NCBI GenBank assembly: GCA_042408665.1
Contig: JBHOQW010000252.1
Span: 16,718-80,717 of the forward strand
From: Dehalococcoidia bacterium
Lineage (GTDB): Bacteria > Chloroflexota > Dehalococcoidia > CAUJGQ01
Reading direction: 5' to 3'
DNA length: 64,000 bases
Part shown: piece after piece, positions 35,141 to 45,086 of the stretch
Layout of the letters: each line of letters starts with the position of its first letter
Position numbering within the stretch: the stretch's first letter is position 1
Made by a program: the position numbers and the translations under genes
Notes under the pieces: model-generated
Told to the model about the DNA's origin: nothing
Databases searched by the model: none
Seen by the model: only the letters and a program-made list of their open reading frames with translations

Positions 35141-36217
35141 ATGTCGCTCTTAGATACGACCATCACGCAGATCGCGCCGCTGGATGAGCGGGCGATGACG
35201 GCGGCCCGCGCCCGTCAGCTCCAGCTCACGAAGCCACCGGGCAGCCTCGGTCGCCTGGAGGACCTGGCGGTGTGGCTGGCCGGGGTGCGCGGCGCGGAGC
35301 GGCCGCGAGTGACGGCGCCCGTGGTGGTGGTGGCCGCGGCGGACCACGGCGTGGCGGCTGCCGGCGTGAGCGCCTACCCGCAGGCGGTGACGGCGCAGAT
35401 GGTGCGGAACTTCCTCAACGGCGGCGCCGCCATCAACGTCCTGGCGCGCCAGGCAGGGGCGCGCGTGGTGGTGGTGGACGCAGGCGTGCTGACAAACCCG
35501 GGCCCGCACCCGGAGCTGGTGTCCCGCCGGGCGGGCGGCGGCACGGCGGACATGCGCTACGGGCCGGCGATGGACCGGGAGGCCGCCCGGCGCGTGCTGG
35601 AGCACGGCATCGCCCTGGCCGTTGACCTAGCCGACAGCGGATACGACGCGGTGGCCGTGGGCGACATGGGCATTGGCAACACCACCGCCGCGGCCGCGAT
35701 CACTGCGGCGATCACCGGTCAGCCCCCATCGGCCGTCACCGGGCTGGGCACCGGTATCACACCGGAGCGGCGGGCGTACAAAGTGCAGGTGATCGAGCAA
35801 GCGCTGGCCGTCAACCGGCCCGATCCCACGGACGGGCTCGGGGTGCTGGCCGCGGTGGGCGGCTTCGAGATCGGGTTCCTCGCGGGCGTCATCCTGGGCG
35901 GCGCGGCGCGGCGATTGCCGGTGGTGCTGGACGGGTTCATCACCACGGCCGCAGCCCTCATCGCCCACACCCTGGCGCCGGGGGCGGCTGCCTACATGCT
36001 GGCCGCCCACCGCTCGGTGGAAATGGGCCATGCCGCCGCGCTGGCGCGCCTGGGGCTGGAGCCGCTCCTGGACTTGCGCCTGCGCCTGGGCGAAGGCACC
36101 GGCGCGGCGCTTGCCCTGCCCATCCTGCGCGCCGCCGCGGCCGTGCTGGACGAGATGGCCACCTTTGCCGAAGCGGGTGTCTCGGACTCCGACGAGGCGC
36201 GCGGCTATGAGACCTGA
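35141..36217 (+). CDS. cobT: nicotinate-nucleotide--dimethylbenzimidazole phosphoribosyltransferase
   Basis: KPPGSLGRLEDLA, GDMGIGNTTAAAA, RLGEGTGAA. ATG at 35141 after GAGGAGGAG. Confidence 0.9.
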   Translation: MSLLDTTITQIAPLDERAMTAARARQLQLTKPPGSLGRLEDLAVWLAGVRGAERPRVTAPVVVVAAADHGVAAAGVSAYPQAVTAQMVRNFLNGGAAINVLARQAGARVVVVDAGVLTNPGPHPELVSRRAGGGTADMRYGPAMDREAARRVLEHGIALAVDLADSGYDAVAVGDMGIGNTTAAAAITAAITGQPPSAVTGLGTGITPERRAYKVQVIEQALAVNRPDPTDGLGVLAAVGGFEIGFLAGVILGGAARRLPVVLDGFITTAAALIAHTLAPGAAAYMLAAHRSVEMGHAAALARLGLEPLLDLRLRLGEGTGAALALPILRAAAAVLDEMATFAEAGVSDSDEARGYET

Positions 36218-37100
36218 GCGACCGATGGCCGCCACGCCGACCGAAGCCGGCGACGAGGCGGTCCACGCTGACGAAGGGCGCACCAGACCCCGGCATGGTG
36301 GGGACGAACGGGTCGGCCGTGGGCCGGTTCCATGGGACCCGCTCCTGGCGGTGGAGTTCCTCACCATCGTGCGGCTGCGCCGATGGCGGCGGGTGGATCC
36401 GGCGGCGCTGGCACGGGCGCAGGTGTTCTACCCGCTGGTGGGGCTGGGCTTGGGCCTGGTGCTCGCCGGCCTAGATCGCGTCCTGGGTGCCATGCTGCCG
36501 CTGGCACCACAGGCCGCCCTGACCGTGGCGGCGCTCGCCGTGTTCACCCGCGGGCTGCACCTAGACGGGCTGGCCGACACCTTTGACGGGCTGCTGGGCG
36601 GTCACGACTCCGCCCGTCGATTGGAGATTATGCGCGACTCGCGGGTGGGGTCGTTTGGCGCCACCGCGGTAGCGCTCGTGCTCCTGCTCAAGTGGAGCGC
36701 CGTGCTGACGCTGGCAGCCCCTGTGCGGGCAGTGGCCCTGGTTCTCGCGCCGGTGTTGGGCCGCTGCGCCATCGTGGTGGTAGCGGCGGCCACCCCCTAC
36801 GCCCGCTCGCAGGGGCTGGGCACCGGTTACCACGAGGCGGCACGCGGCGCGCCACTGCTCACCTCCCTCGTGGGCGGGGCGGCCGCGGCGCTGCTGCTAT
36901 TCGGGCCCACCGGCCTCACGCTTGTGGCCGTGGCCGCGCTGGTGGCGCTGGGGATGGCGTGGTGGGCGCGGGCAGCCCTCGGTGGGGCCACCGGCGACGT
37001 GTTCGGCGCCACCTGTGAGCTGGTCGAGACGGCCGTGCTGCTGAGCGTGGCCGCCGGGCAGGCGCACGGCTGGCTCGGCCCATGGGCGGTGCGCCCGTGA
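36207..37100 (+). CDS. cobS: adenosylcobinamide-GDP ribazoletransferase (cobalamin synthase)
   Basis: Polytopic, with LAVEFLT, HLDGLADTFDG and GDVFGA motifs. Start uncertain (ATG 36207 or 36225). It has an N-terminal extension of about 45 aa relative to typical CobS. Confidence 0.8.
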   Translation: MRPERPMAATPTEAGDEAVHADEGRTRPRHGGDERVGRGPVPWDPLLAVEFLTIVRLRRWRRVDPAALARAQVFYPLVGLGLGLVLAGLDRVLGAMLPLAPQAALTVAALAVFTRGLHLDGLADTFDGLLGGHDSARRLEIMRDSRVGSFGATAVALVLLLKWSAVLTLAAPVRAVALVLAPVLGRCAIVVVAAATPYARSQGLGTGYHEAARGAPLLTSLVGGAAAALLLFGPTGLTLVAVAALVALGMAWWARAALGGATGDVFGATCELVETAVLLSVAAGQAHGWLGPWAVRP

Positions 37101-38062
37101 GCGCCCCGCGCGCCGTACCCCGCCGCCTGCCCGTGCTGCTGGCGGCGGCAGCACTGGACGCCGCCCTGGGGGAGCCTCCCCCTCGCCTACACCCCGTGGT
37201 GTGGCTAGGCCGCCTTGCCGCGGCGTTCGAGCGGGGCGCGCCGCGGCACGGGCGCGGGCAACAGCTGGCGTGGGGCGTGATGGCAGCACTGGCGCTTCCG
37301 CTGACGGCCGCGCTGGCCGGCGCACTGGCCGCGCGTGGTTGCCGAGCCCTGGGAAAGGCGGGCTGGGTGGTGGAGGCGGTCCTGCTCAAGGGGGCGTTTG
37401 CCGTGCGAGCGCTTCTGGTCGCGGGTGAGGCGGTGCGGCGGGCCCTGGTCGTGAACGACGGGGAGGCGGCGCGCGCGGCGTTGCGCGCCCTGGTCAGCCG
37501 CGAAACGACGGGGCTAACGTCGGGGCTGATGGCGGCGGCCGCGATCGAGTCGCTGGCCGAGAACACCACGGACAGCTTCGTGGCGCCCTGGCTAGCGTAT
37601 CTATGCTTCGGTTTGCCCGGCGCCTGGGCGTACCGTGCGATCAACACGCTGGACAGCATGTTCGGGTATCGCGGACGCTATGAGTACCTGGGCAAAGCGG
37701 CGGCCCGGCTGGACGACGCCGTCAACTGGCTACCGGCCCGCCTGTCCGCGGCGGTACTCGCTGCCGCAGCGCCGGTGGGCAGGGGCAGCGCGCGGCGGGC
37801 GCTGGGTACGGCCGTGCGGCAGCACCGGCGCACGGCCAGCCCCAACGCCGGCTGGACGATGGCGGCCATGGCCGGCGCACTGGGCGTGCGCCTGGAGAAG
37901 CGCGACGCCTACGTGCTCGGCGATGGACCGGAGCCACGCCCGGCCGACATCCGGCGCGCGCAGCGGGTCGTGGCGGCGACCGCGGTGCTCATGCTAACCC
38001 TGGCAGCCGGCGCGCGGGCGACTGGCGCACTGGCGCGTGGCGGAGGGATCGGGCAGCGATGA
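37082..38062 (+). CDS. cbiB: adenosylcobinamide-phosphate synthase
   Basis: LGEPPPRLHPVVWLG, ESLAENTTDS and the SPNAGW motif. An alternative GTG at 37097 overlaps the cobS stop (GTGA). Confidence 0.9.
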   Translation: MGGAPVSAPRAVPRRLPVLLAAAALDAALGEPPPRLHPVVWLGRLAAAFERGAPRHGRGQQLAWGVMAALALPLTAALAGALAARGCRALGKAGWVVEAVLLKGAFAVRALLVAGEAVRRALVVNDGEAARAALRALVSRETTGLTSGLMAAAAIESLAENTTDSFVAPWLAYLCFGLPGAWAYRAINTLDSMFGYRGRYEYLGKAAARLDDAVNWLPARLSAAVLAAAAPVGRGSARRALGTAVRQHRRTASPNAGWTMAAMAGALGVRLEKRDAYVLGDGPEPRPADIRRAQRVVAATAVLMLTLAAGARATGALARGGGIGQR

Positions 38063-39126
38063 CGGTGGTGCAGGCACACGGTGGGTTGCGCGAGACGGAG
38101 CTCAGGGAGCTGGGGCTGCGCCCGGACGAGGTGATCGACTTCAGCGCCAGCGTGAACCCGCTAGGCGCATCGCCCAAGGCGGTGGCGGCACTGCAGGAGG
38201 TGGACTACGCCCGCTACCCGGACCCGGACTGCACCCGCCTGCGGGAGGCGATCGCCGAGCACAACGGCGTCACGCCGGCGGAGGTGTTGCCCGGCAACGG
38301 CGCCACCGAGCTGATCCACCTCACGGTCCGGCTGTTCGTGCGGCATGGCCAGCGACCGATCGTCTTCATGCCCACCTTCGGCGAGTTCGAACGTGCCTGC
38401 CAAACGGTGAACGCCCACCCCTACCCCTGGCATGCCAACCCCGCGCGCGCCTTTCGCTGGAACTTCGCCAACAAAGCGGCCGTGCTCCGCCGGGTGACGC
38501 CGCCGCTTGTCTACCTGTGCTGCCCGAACAACCCCACTGGCGTCTACCCCGCCGAGCGCGACGTGCGCAGCCTAGCCATGGCCCTCATCGCCGGCCCGCT
38601 GCTCCTGGACGAGTCCTACATCAACTTTGTGGAGGAGCGCTGGGACTCGCTGCCGCTGCTGCGCACCGGTCGCGTGCTGGTGCTGCGTTCCATGACCAAA
38701 GACTACGGCCTGGCAGGCCTGCGTCTCGGGTACCTCCTGGCGCCGCCGGACGTGGTGAGTGCCCTGCGTCGTCTGCAGCCGGAGTGGAGCGTCAACGCGG
38801 CGGCGCAGGCGGCGGGCGTAGCGGCGCTGGCGGATCGCACGCACCTGGAGCGAGGGCGAGAGGTGGTCCGCGCCGGTAAGGCCGTCCTGCGCGCGGGGTT
38901 GACCCGCCTCGGGATCCCGTTCCATGAGGGCGCGGCCAATTTCATCCTCATCCAGGTGGGTGATGCCACGGCCGTGCGTGCTGCCCTGCTTCGCCTGGGC
39001 CTGGCCGTGCGCGACTGTACATCGTTCGGGCTGCCGCAGTACATCCGGGTGGGCGTCCGCCGGCCAGAGGAATGCGAGCGGTTGGTGCAGGCGCTGGCGC
39101 AGGTACTGGAGGGGCAACGGGCATGA
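38059..39126 (+). CDS. cobD: threonine-phosphate decarboxylase (class I/II aminotransferase fold)
   Basis: HGG...IDFSASVNPLG N-terminus. SMTKDYGLAGLRLGY (PLP lysine region). ATGA overlap with cbiB. Confidence 0.85.
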   Translation: MTVVQAHGGLRETELRELGLRPDEVIDFSASVNPLGASPKAVAALQEVDYARYPDPDCTRLREAIAEHNGVTPAEVLPGNGATELIHLTVRLFVRHGQRPIVFMPTFGEFERACQTVNAHPYPWHANPARAFRWNFANKAAVLRRVTPPLVYLCCPNNPTGVYPAERDVRSLAMALIAGPLLLDESYINFVEERWDSLPLLRTGRVLVLRSMTKDYGLAGLRLGYLLAPPDVVSALRRLQPEWSVNAAAQAAGVAALADRTHLERGREVVRAGKAVLRAGLTRLGIPFHEGAANFILIQVGDATAVRAALLRLGLAVRDCTSFGLPQYIRVGVRRPEECERLVQALAQVLEGQRA

Positions 39127-40664
39127 CACGCGCCGGACGGGTGCTGATGGTGCAGGGCACGGCCTCATCGGCGGGCAAGAGCGTGCTCGTCACCGGGCTC
39201 TGCCGCCTGTTTCGACAGGACGGGTGGCGGGTGGCGCCGTTTAAGGCACAGAACATGTCCAACAACTCCTACGTCACGGCCACCGGCGAGGAGATGGGCC
39301 GTGCCCAGGTGGAGCAGGCCTTTGCCGCCGGAGTGGAGCCGGATGTGCGCATGAACCCGGTGCTGCTCAAACCAGAGGCCGACCATCGCAGTCAGGTGGT
39401 CGTGCTGGGCCGGCCTGCCTTTCACCTCGCAGGGCTGGACTTCCGTACGCGCAAGGAGGAGCTGTGGCCGGTGGTCACGCGTGCCCTGGACGAGCTACGG
39501 GCACAGTACGACGTGGTGCTGATCGAGGGGGCGGGCAGTCCGGCCGAGATCAACCTGCGCGAGGCGGACATTGTCAACATGCGCGTCGCCCGCCACGCGC
39601 AGGCACCCGTGCTGCTGGTAGGCGATATCGACCGGGGCGGCGTGTTCGCTCACCTGTACGGGACGTTGGCCCTGCTGCCGGCAGAGGAGCGCGCCCTGGT
39701 GCGCGGGCTGGTGATCAACAAGTTCCGCGGCAGCCGTGAGCTGTTGGCACCGGGTCTGGACATGATCGCGGCGCTGACGGGCGTGCCGGTTCTGGGTGTG
39801 GTGCCGTTCCTGCCCGACCTGCGCATCGCCGACGAAGACGCGGCCACGCTGGACGAGGTCCGGCCAAGCCGATCCAGCGCGTCGCTGGACGTCGCCGTGG
39901 TGCGCCTGCCGCGCATCGCCAACTTCGACGATATCGACCCCCTGGCGGCCGAGCCCGAGGTGCGCGTCCGGTTCGTGGCGAACCCAGAGGAGCTGGGCCG
40001 GCCTGACCTCGTCATCCTGCCCGGGACGAAAGCCACGGTGGCCGACCTGACCTGGCTGCGGGCTACGGGTCTGGCCCAGGCGGTGCGCGCCGCCGCTGCC
40101 CGCGGCGCGGCGGTGCTTGGCATCTGCGGCGGCTACCAGATGCTCGGCCGCGTGGTGCGCGACCCGCAGCACGTGGAGTCGAACCAACCCGAAGCGGCAG
40201 GGCTCGGCCTGCTCCCCGCCGAGACGGAGTTCGAGCCGGTCAAGGCAACGCACCGGGTTACCGCTCAGGTGACGGCCTCGCGGGGCTTATTCGCCGGCTG
40301 CGCTGGCCTGGAGGTACGTGGCTATGAGATTCACATGGGGCGTACCCGCGCCGACGCGGAGGCCGCCCCGTTGCGCGTGCGCTCCCGCTCCGGTCGCCCC
40401 TGCGCCGAGGCCGACGGCTGCCTTTCGGCGGACGGCTGGGTCGTCGGTACCTACCTGCACGGGCTGCTTGAGAACGACGCCCTGCGCGCCCAGCTGCTGC
40501 GCAATCTAGCCCGGCGCAAGGGTGTGGAGTTCCGGCCGGGCCTGCCCGTGCACCGCGCCGAAGCCTACGACCGCCTGGCCGCCTGCCTGCGGGCGGTGCT
40601 GGACGTGGCGGCGTTGTACCGCATCATGGGGTTGGAGGCTCCCGCGTGGGCACCGTCAGCCTGA
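39123..40664 (+). CDS. cobQ: cobyric acid synthase
   Basis: VQGTASSAGKSVLVTGLCR, EGAGSPAEINL, and glutamine amidotransferase domain GICGGYQMLG. ATGA overlap with cobD. Confidence 0.9.
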   Translation: MTRAGRVLMVQGTASSAGKSVLVTGLCRLFRQDGWRVAPFKAQNMSNNSYVTATGEEMGRAQVEQAFAAGVEPDVRMNPVLLKPEADHRSQVVVLGRPAFHLAGLDFRTRKEELWPVVTRALDELRAQYDVVLIEGAGSPAEINLREADIVNMRVARHAQAPVLLVGDIDRGGVFAHLYGTLALLPAEERALVRGLVINKFRGSRELLAPGLDMIAALTGVPVLGVVPFLPDLRIADEDAATLDEVRPSRSSASLDVAVVRLPRIANFDDIDPLAAEPEVRVRFVANPEELGRPDLVILPGTKATVADLTWLRATGLAQAVRAAAARGAAVLGICGGYQMLGRVVRDPQHVESNQPEAAGLGLLPAETEFEPVKATHRVTAQVTASRGLFAGCAGLEVRGYEIHMGRTRADAEAAPLRVRSRSGRPCAEADGCLSADGWVVGTYLHGLLENDALRAQLLRNLARRKGVEFRPGLPVHRAEAYDRLAACLRAVLDVAALYRIMGLEAPAWAPSA

Positions 40665-41236
40665 TCACGGGCGGGGCGCGCGCCGGCAAGACGACGTTCG
40701 CGCTGGCCCTGGCCCGTCACCACCCGGGGCCGGTGGTCTACGTGGCCACGGCCGAGGCGCGGGACGCGGAGATGGCGGCCCGCATCCGGCGCCACCGCGC
40801 CGAACGCCCACCGCACTGGGTGACCGTCGAGGCGCCGCACGAGCCGGTGGTCGCGCTGGCCGACGTGTCCCCGCCAGCGCTGGTGGTGCTGGACTGCCTC
40901 ACGCTGTGGGTGAGCAACCTGCTGCTCGCCCGTTTGCCGGCGGAGTTTTCCCCGCCAGAGGGAGAGGCGGCGGCCGTCGACGTGCTCACCGCCGTGCGGG
41001 AGCTACTCGCCTGGCAGCGACGTGCCGGGAACGAGCTGGTGATCATCAGCAATGAGGTGGGACTGGGCATCGTGCCGGCCGACCGGCTCAGCCGCCTCTA
41101 CCGCGACGTGCTGGGGCAGGCCAACCAGATAGTGGCGGCGGCGGCGGCGCGCGTGTACTTCGTGGTGGCCGGTCTGGCACTGGAGTTGCGTGCCGCCGGG
41201 GCACACACCATCGACCACGCCCTTCCACCCGCGTAG
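40646..41236 (+). CDS. cobU: adenosylcobinamide kinase / adenosylcobinamide-phosphate guanylyltransferase
   Basis: P-loop TGGARAGKT and VLDCLTLWVSN. GTG start overlaps the cobQ end. Confidence 0.85.
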   Translation: MGTVSLITGGARAGKTTFALALARHHPGPVVYVATAEARDAEMAARIRRHRAERPPHWVTVEAPHEPVVALADVSPPALVVLDCLTLWVSNLLLARLPAEFSPPEGEAAAVDVLTAVRELLAWQRRAGNELVIISNEVGLGIVPADRLSRLYRDVLGQANQIVAAAAARVYFVVAGLALELRAAGAHTIDHALPPA

Positions 41237-41266
41237 AATGGCCGCGATACCGGCCAGGAGCGCCGC

Positions 41267-42058
41267 ATGATCCCGGTTGGCGATAGCCTGCGCTCGCGCA
41301 CCTTCCCCTTCGTCAATTACACCCTCATCGCCGTCAACTTCCTGGTGTGGTTCTATGAGCTGGTGTTGCAGGCGCAGCCGGCGCCGCGTGCCTGGCAGTT
41401 GATCGGCATCCGTACGGAGCTGGACCGCTGGGTGTTGGAGTGGGGCGTCATTCCCTGCCGTATCACGGCCAGTTGCCCGGTCCAGTTCGACCGCGTCATT
41501 GACACCTTGGGCCGAGAGCCGCCCTGGTTGGATCTCATCACCTCACAGTTTATCCATGGGAGCTGGTCCCACATCCTCGGCAACATGCTGTTTCTCTGGA
41601 TCTTCGGTGACAACGTCGAGGATGCGATGGGGCACGTGCGCTACCTGCTGTTCTACCTGCTGGGCGGCGTGATCGCGGGGCTGGCGCAAGTTGCCTCGGA
41701 CCCAAGCGGGATGATCCCCAGTGTGGGCGCCAGCGGCGCCATCGCGGCGGTGCTGGGCGCCTATTTCGTCACCTACCCGGCCGCCAGCGTGCAGGTGCTC
41801 ATCCCGGTGTGGTTCATCCCGCTGTTCACCCGCATTCCGGCCTTCGTGATGATGCTGTTCTGGTTCCTCTCCCAGCTCATCAGTGTGGGGGTCGTTGCCC
41901 AGGCCCGCGGCGGCGAGGCCGGCATCGCCTATTGGGCCCACATCGGTGGCTTTCTGGCGGGGATGGTGCTGGTCTGGTTCTTCCGTGGCCGCCGCCGTAG
42001 TGTGGACACAGACCGGCTCTATGAGCAGTATCGTTGGCGCCTACGCGACGACTGGTGA
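41267..42058 (+). CDS. rhomboid-family intramembrane serine protease
   Basis: HGSWSHILGNMLFLW, GASGAIAAVLGAY (catalytic Ser), HIGGFLAG (catalytic His). Confidence 0.9.
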   Translation: MIPVGDSLRSRTFPFVNYTLIAVNFLVWFYELVLQAQPAPRAWQLIGIRTELDRWVLEWGVIPCRITASCPVQFDRVIDTLGREPPWLDLITSQFIHGSWSHILGNMLFLWIFGDNVEDAMGHVRYLLFYLLGGVIAGLAQVASDPSGMIPSVGASGAIAAVLGAYFVTYPAASVQVLIPVWFIPLFTRIPAFVMMLFWFLSQLISVGVVAQARGGEAGIAYWAHIGGFLAGMVLVWFFRGRRRSVDTDRLYEQYRWRLRDDW

Positions 42059-42218
42059 CGGCCACGAGCAGCAGAGGCGGCTTCCCGTTCACCGTGCGAT
42101 GATAGACCCCATGGTGGCGGCACCCGTGCACCGCCGAGCGCGCCGCGCGTGGCCGCTCCCGTTCGCAGGGTCTGCCGCGCGGCCCATCACCCAGCGATCA
42201 TACCCGTGGAGGCATCCC

Positions 42219-42662
42219 ATGCCCGTCTTTCCATCCGTGGAGTGGTTCAAGGCTGTGGCCGACCTGGTCAACCAGGATGCGGCATACCGCAAGCTCGGCA
42301 CCTGCGACGCCAAGGTGGGCGTGCAGGTGGGCGACCGGCTGTTCGAGATCGACTTCGAGGCCTACGAGGTGGTGGACGTCAAGGAGCTCGATCCCGGCCG
42401 GCCGCACGACCTCGATTTCACCCTGGTGCTCCCGTATGAGGGCTGGAAGGAGATGATCGAGAACATCCGCCAGCACGGGCGGGCGGACCTCAGCCACACG
42501 TTGAACTCCATCGACCTGGCCACGCCGGAGGAGTTCGCCCGCGCCGACGACTACTACCGGCGCGATCTGTTCTACCGGTACAACCAGAGCCTGCAGCACT
42601 TTTTTGATACTTCGGCCAAGATCGACACGCAGTTCGCCGACCCGGCGGCCGTGCGCCGCTGA
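42219..42662 (+). CDS. SCP2 sterol-binding-domain-like protein
   Basis: N-terminal SVEWFKAVADLVNQDAAYRKLG pattern. ATG at 42219 after GTGGAGG. The upstream part of the track ORF overlaps the rhomboid gene and is discarded. Confidence 0.5.
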   Translation: MPVFPSVEWFKAVADLVNQDAAYRKLGTCDAKVGVQVGDRLFEIDFEAYEVVDVKELDPGRPHDLDFTLVLPYEGWKEMIENIRQHGRADLSHTLNSIDLATPEEFARADDYYRRDLFYRYNQSLQHFFDTSAKIDTQFADPAAVRR

Positions 42663-42698
42663 CGCCCAAGCCCTGGCCGGGCGCCCGCGCGGGTGGTG

Positions 42699-44060
42699 TT
42701 AGCCGGCCGCCGGCGTCTGCGTGCCGTCCGCCAGATAGGCGGCCCGCATGCGCGCCTGGCCGTCCGGCGTCATGGCGCGGCGGGCGACGTATGGCATCAT
42801 CGTCGCCAGCAGGTCGACCTCGGAGCCGAGGGTCTTGCTCAGGCCGGCCACGAGCCCGGTGACCCTGCCGACCAGCACGATGTCGCCGGGCACCTCCACC
42901 ACCGGGTTGTCCTTCAGCACCCGGGCCAGCATCGCGTTCACCTCGCTGGCCATATCCGGGTCGGAATAGGTGCGCTTTTCCCGGATCGCCCGCCCCAGAA
43001 ACGCATCGCCGAGGGCCAGCAAGGTGCGCGGGTCGTCGCTCTTGGTGCGGAAGCCCAGGTCGCGGAAGGCCTGAACCGTCGCCTGCTCATCGTTGACCAG
43101 AATGGCGTGGGTAAGCCGCACGAAGGCGCGTAGAAAGGCGGGTGGGAAGCCTTTGGAGAGGCCGAAGTCCACAAAGGCCAGCTTCGGGCCGGGCAACACC
43201 AGCAGGTTTCCGGGATGGGGGTCGGCGTGGAAGAAGCCGTTGATGAGGAGCATCTCGCAGTAGGCTTCCGTGAGGAGCTGGGCCACCTGCTTCGGGTCGA
43301 TGCCGGCCGCGCGCATCGCGGCCACATCCGTGACCTTGATGCCGTCGATGTACTCCATGGTAAGCACGCGGCGGGAGGTGAGATCCCACCGGATGCCCGG
43401 CACCACGAACTCCGGCCGCACGCTCAGCTCCTGCGCGACGCGCTCGGCGTTGCGGCCCTCGTTGATGAAATCCAGCTCCAGCGGCATCATCCGCTCCAGC
43501 TCGCGCACGATCACCCGGAAGTCCCAGTGCGGCTCGATGCGCGCCAGCAGACCCGCCAGGAGTGCCATGTTCTTGAGGTCGGCACGGGCGATCGCGTCGA
43601 TGCCGGGGTACTGCACCTTGACCGCCACGTCCTGGCCGTCTTTGGTGCGGGCACGGTGCACCTGTGCCAGCGAGGCGGCGGCGATCGGCCGCCGCTCAAA
43701 CGACGCGAACAACGCTTCCGGCAGGGCACCCAGCTCGCGCTCGATCTGGGCGGCGATCACGTGGTACGGGCGCGGCGGGACCTTGTCCTGAAGACGCGAG
43801 AGCACCTCGATATACTCGTCCGGCACGAGGTCGGCGCGGCTGCTAATGAACTGGCAGGGCTTGATCATCAGCCCCTGCAGGAAGGTAGCCAGCCGGAACA
43901 GCAGTTGGGCGTTCCGGCGGTGGCGACGGCTGATGCGGTCCGGGGTATCCCGGTAGAAGCCCAGCCGGCCCAACACCTGCGGGATCTTGTAGTTCAGGTA
44001 GATGCGGGTGACGACCAGCGCGAAGATCCCTAACCGCACCGGCCGCGCGCGGAGATGCAT
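42699..44060 (-). CDS. ABC1/UbiB-family atypical kinase
   Basis: IAAASLAQVHRA...VAVKVQYPG and FHADPHPGNLLV motifs. ATG at 44060 preferred; the track start is 44084. Confidence 0.85.
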   Translation of the reverse strand: MHLRARPVRLGIFALVVTRIYLNYKIPQVLGRLGFYRDTPDRISRRHRRNAQLLFRLATFLQGLMIKPCQFISSRADLVPDEYIEVLSRLQDKVPPRPYHVIAAQIERELGALPEALFASFERRPIAAASLAQVHRARTKDGQDVAVKVQYPGIDAIARADLKNMALLAGLLARIEPHWDFRVIVRELERMMPLELDFINEGRNAERVAQELSVRPEFVVPGIRWDLTSRRVLTMEYIDGIKVTDVAAMRAAGIDPKQVAQLLTEAYCEMLLINGFFHADPHPGNLLVLPGPKLAFVDFGLSKGFPPAFLRAFVRLTHAILVNDEQATVQAFRDLGFRTKSDDPRTLLALGDAFLGRAIREKRTYSDPDMASEVNAMLARVLKDNPVVEVPGDIVLVGRVTGLVAGLSKTLGSEVDLLATMMPYVARRAMTPDGQARMRAAYLADGTQTPAAG

Positions 44061-44070
44061 GGACGGCCCC

Positions 44071-44655
44071 CTAGACCCCCACAATAGGCTTCCCTCTCAG
44101 TATAGGGGGTGGCGGGCACGCTAATGCGTCGGCCGCCGGCGCCTCCGATCGGCGCCGGCCCCGCTCGATGGCCAGCAGCAGGCGGCGGTTGAGCACGCCG
44201 CCCACGTAGCCCTTGAGCGTGCCGTCCGCGCCGATCACGCGATGGCACGGGATAACGAGGCAGACCGGGTTGGCGGCGTTGGCGGCGCCCACCGCCCGCC
44301 ACGCGCCTGGTCGTCCCACCGCCCGCGCGATGTCGGCGTAGGAACGGGTCTCACCATAGGGGATAGCGCACACCGCCTGCCACACGGCCCGCTGAAATGG
44401 GGTGCCGCGCAGGTCGAGCGGTACCGCAAAGGCGGTGCGGAAGCCGGCGAGGTACTCCGGCACCTGTGCCCGCAGTCCCCAGTCCGCCGCCTCGTCTGGC
44501 TCCAGCGTAGCCGCGGGCGCGTGCCGCACCAGCCAGGGGACGAGGTCGTCCATGGTCTGGCCGGGCGGAAGCAACCGGCAGACCCCGCGCGCCGAGGCGG
44601 CAGCGATCATGGGGCCGTACGGGGTCGGGAACGCGGTGAACCGGATGAGCTCCAT
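44071..44655 (-). CDS. ogt: methylated-DNA--protein-cysteine methyltransferase
   Basis: IPYGETRSYADIA and active-site IPCHRVIG. ATG at 44655. Confidence 0.85.
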   Translation of the reverse strand: MELIRFTAFPTPYGPMIAAASARGVCRLLPPGQTMDDLVPWLVRHAPAATLEPDEAADWGLRAQVPEYLAGFRTAFAVPLDLRGTPFQRAVWQAVCAIPYGETRSYADIARAVGRPGAWRAVGAANAANPVCLVIPCHRVIGADGTLKGYVGGVLNRRLLLAIERGRRRSEAPAADALACPPPPILRGKPIVGV

Positions 44656-44662
44656 GCCCGCC

Positions 44663-45070
44663 TCACTCAGGCCGTGGCGGCGGTTCCCCGCGGCAGGGGT
44701 ACCGGCGAATGGCCTCGTACACCCGCCACATCTCATCGTCCGTCTCCAGCGGCTCCCGCGGCTCTGGGATGTGGTAGCCGCCGAACGCCGCCACCGGCTC
44801 AGGGTGGTCATCGACGACGAAGTCGGGGTGGACGGCAATGCCCAGCTCCTGTAGGCGCGCCGCATGGTCATAGAGCGGCTTATCGAAACAGTCGGTCACG
44901 TACCGCTCTAACCGGAAACGTTGCACCACCTCCCAGCGCCGACCGCGTCCGGACCAGAGATAGATCGCGTGGCCGTCGGCGCAAAGCCGGGCGAACACCT
45001 CGCGCACGAAGGGGCGCAGGCGATAGTCCCACGTGATCAGCGTGTGGTCGACGTCGAAGAAGATGTTCAT
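44663..45070 (-). CDS. small HAD-like hydrolase
   Basis: N-terminal MNIFFDVDHTL (DxDxT). ATG at 45070. Confidence 0.55.
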   Translation of the reverse strand: MNIFFDVDHTLITWDYRLRPFVREVFARLCADGHAIYLWSGRGRRWEVVQRFRLERYVTDCFDKPLYDHAARLQELGIAVHPDFVVDDHPEPVAAFGGYHIPEPREPLETDDEMWRVYEAIRRYPCRGEPPPRPE

Positions 45071-45086
45071 GGGCGGTAGGCGGTGC

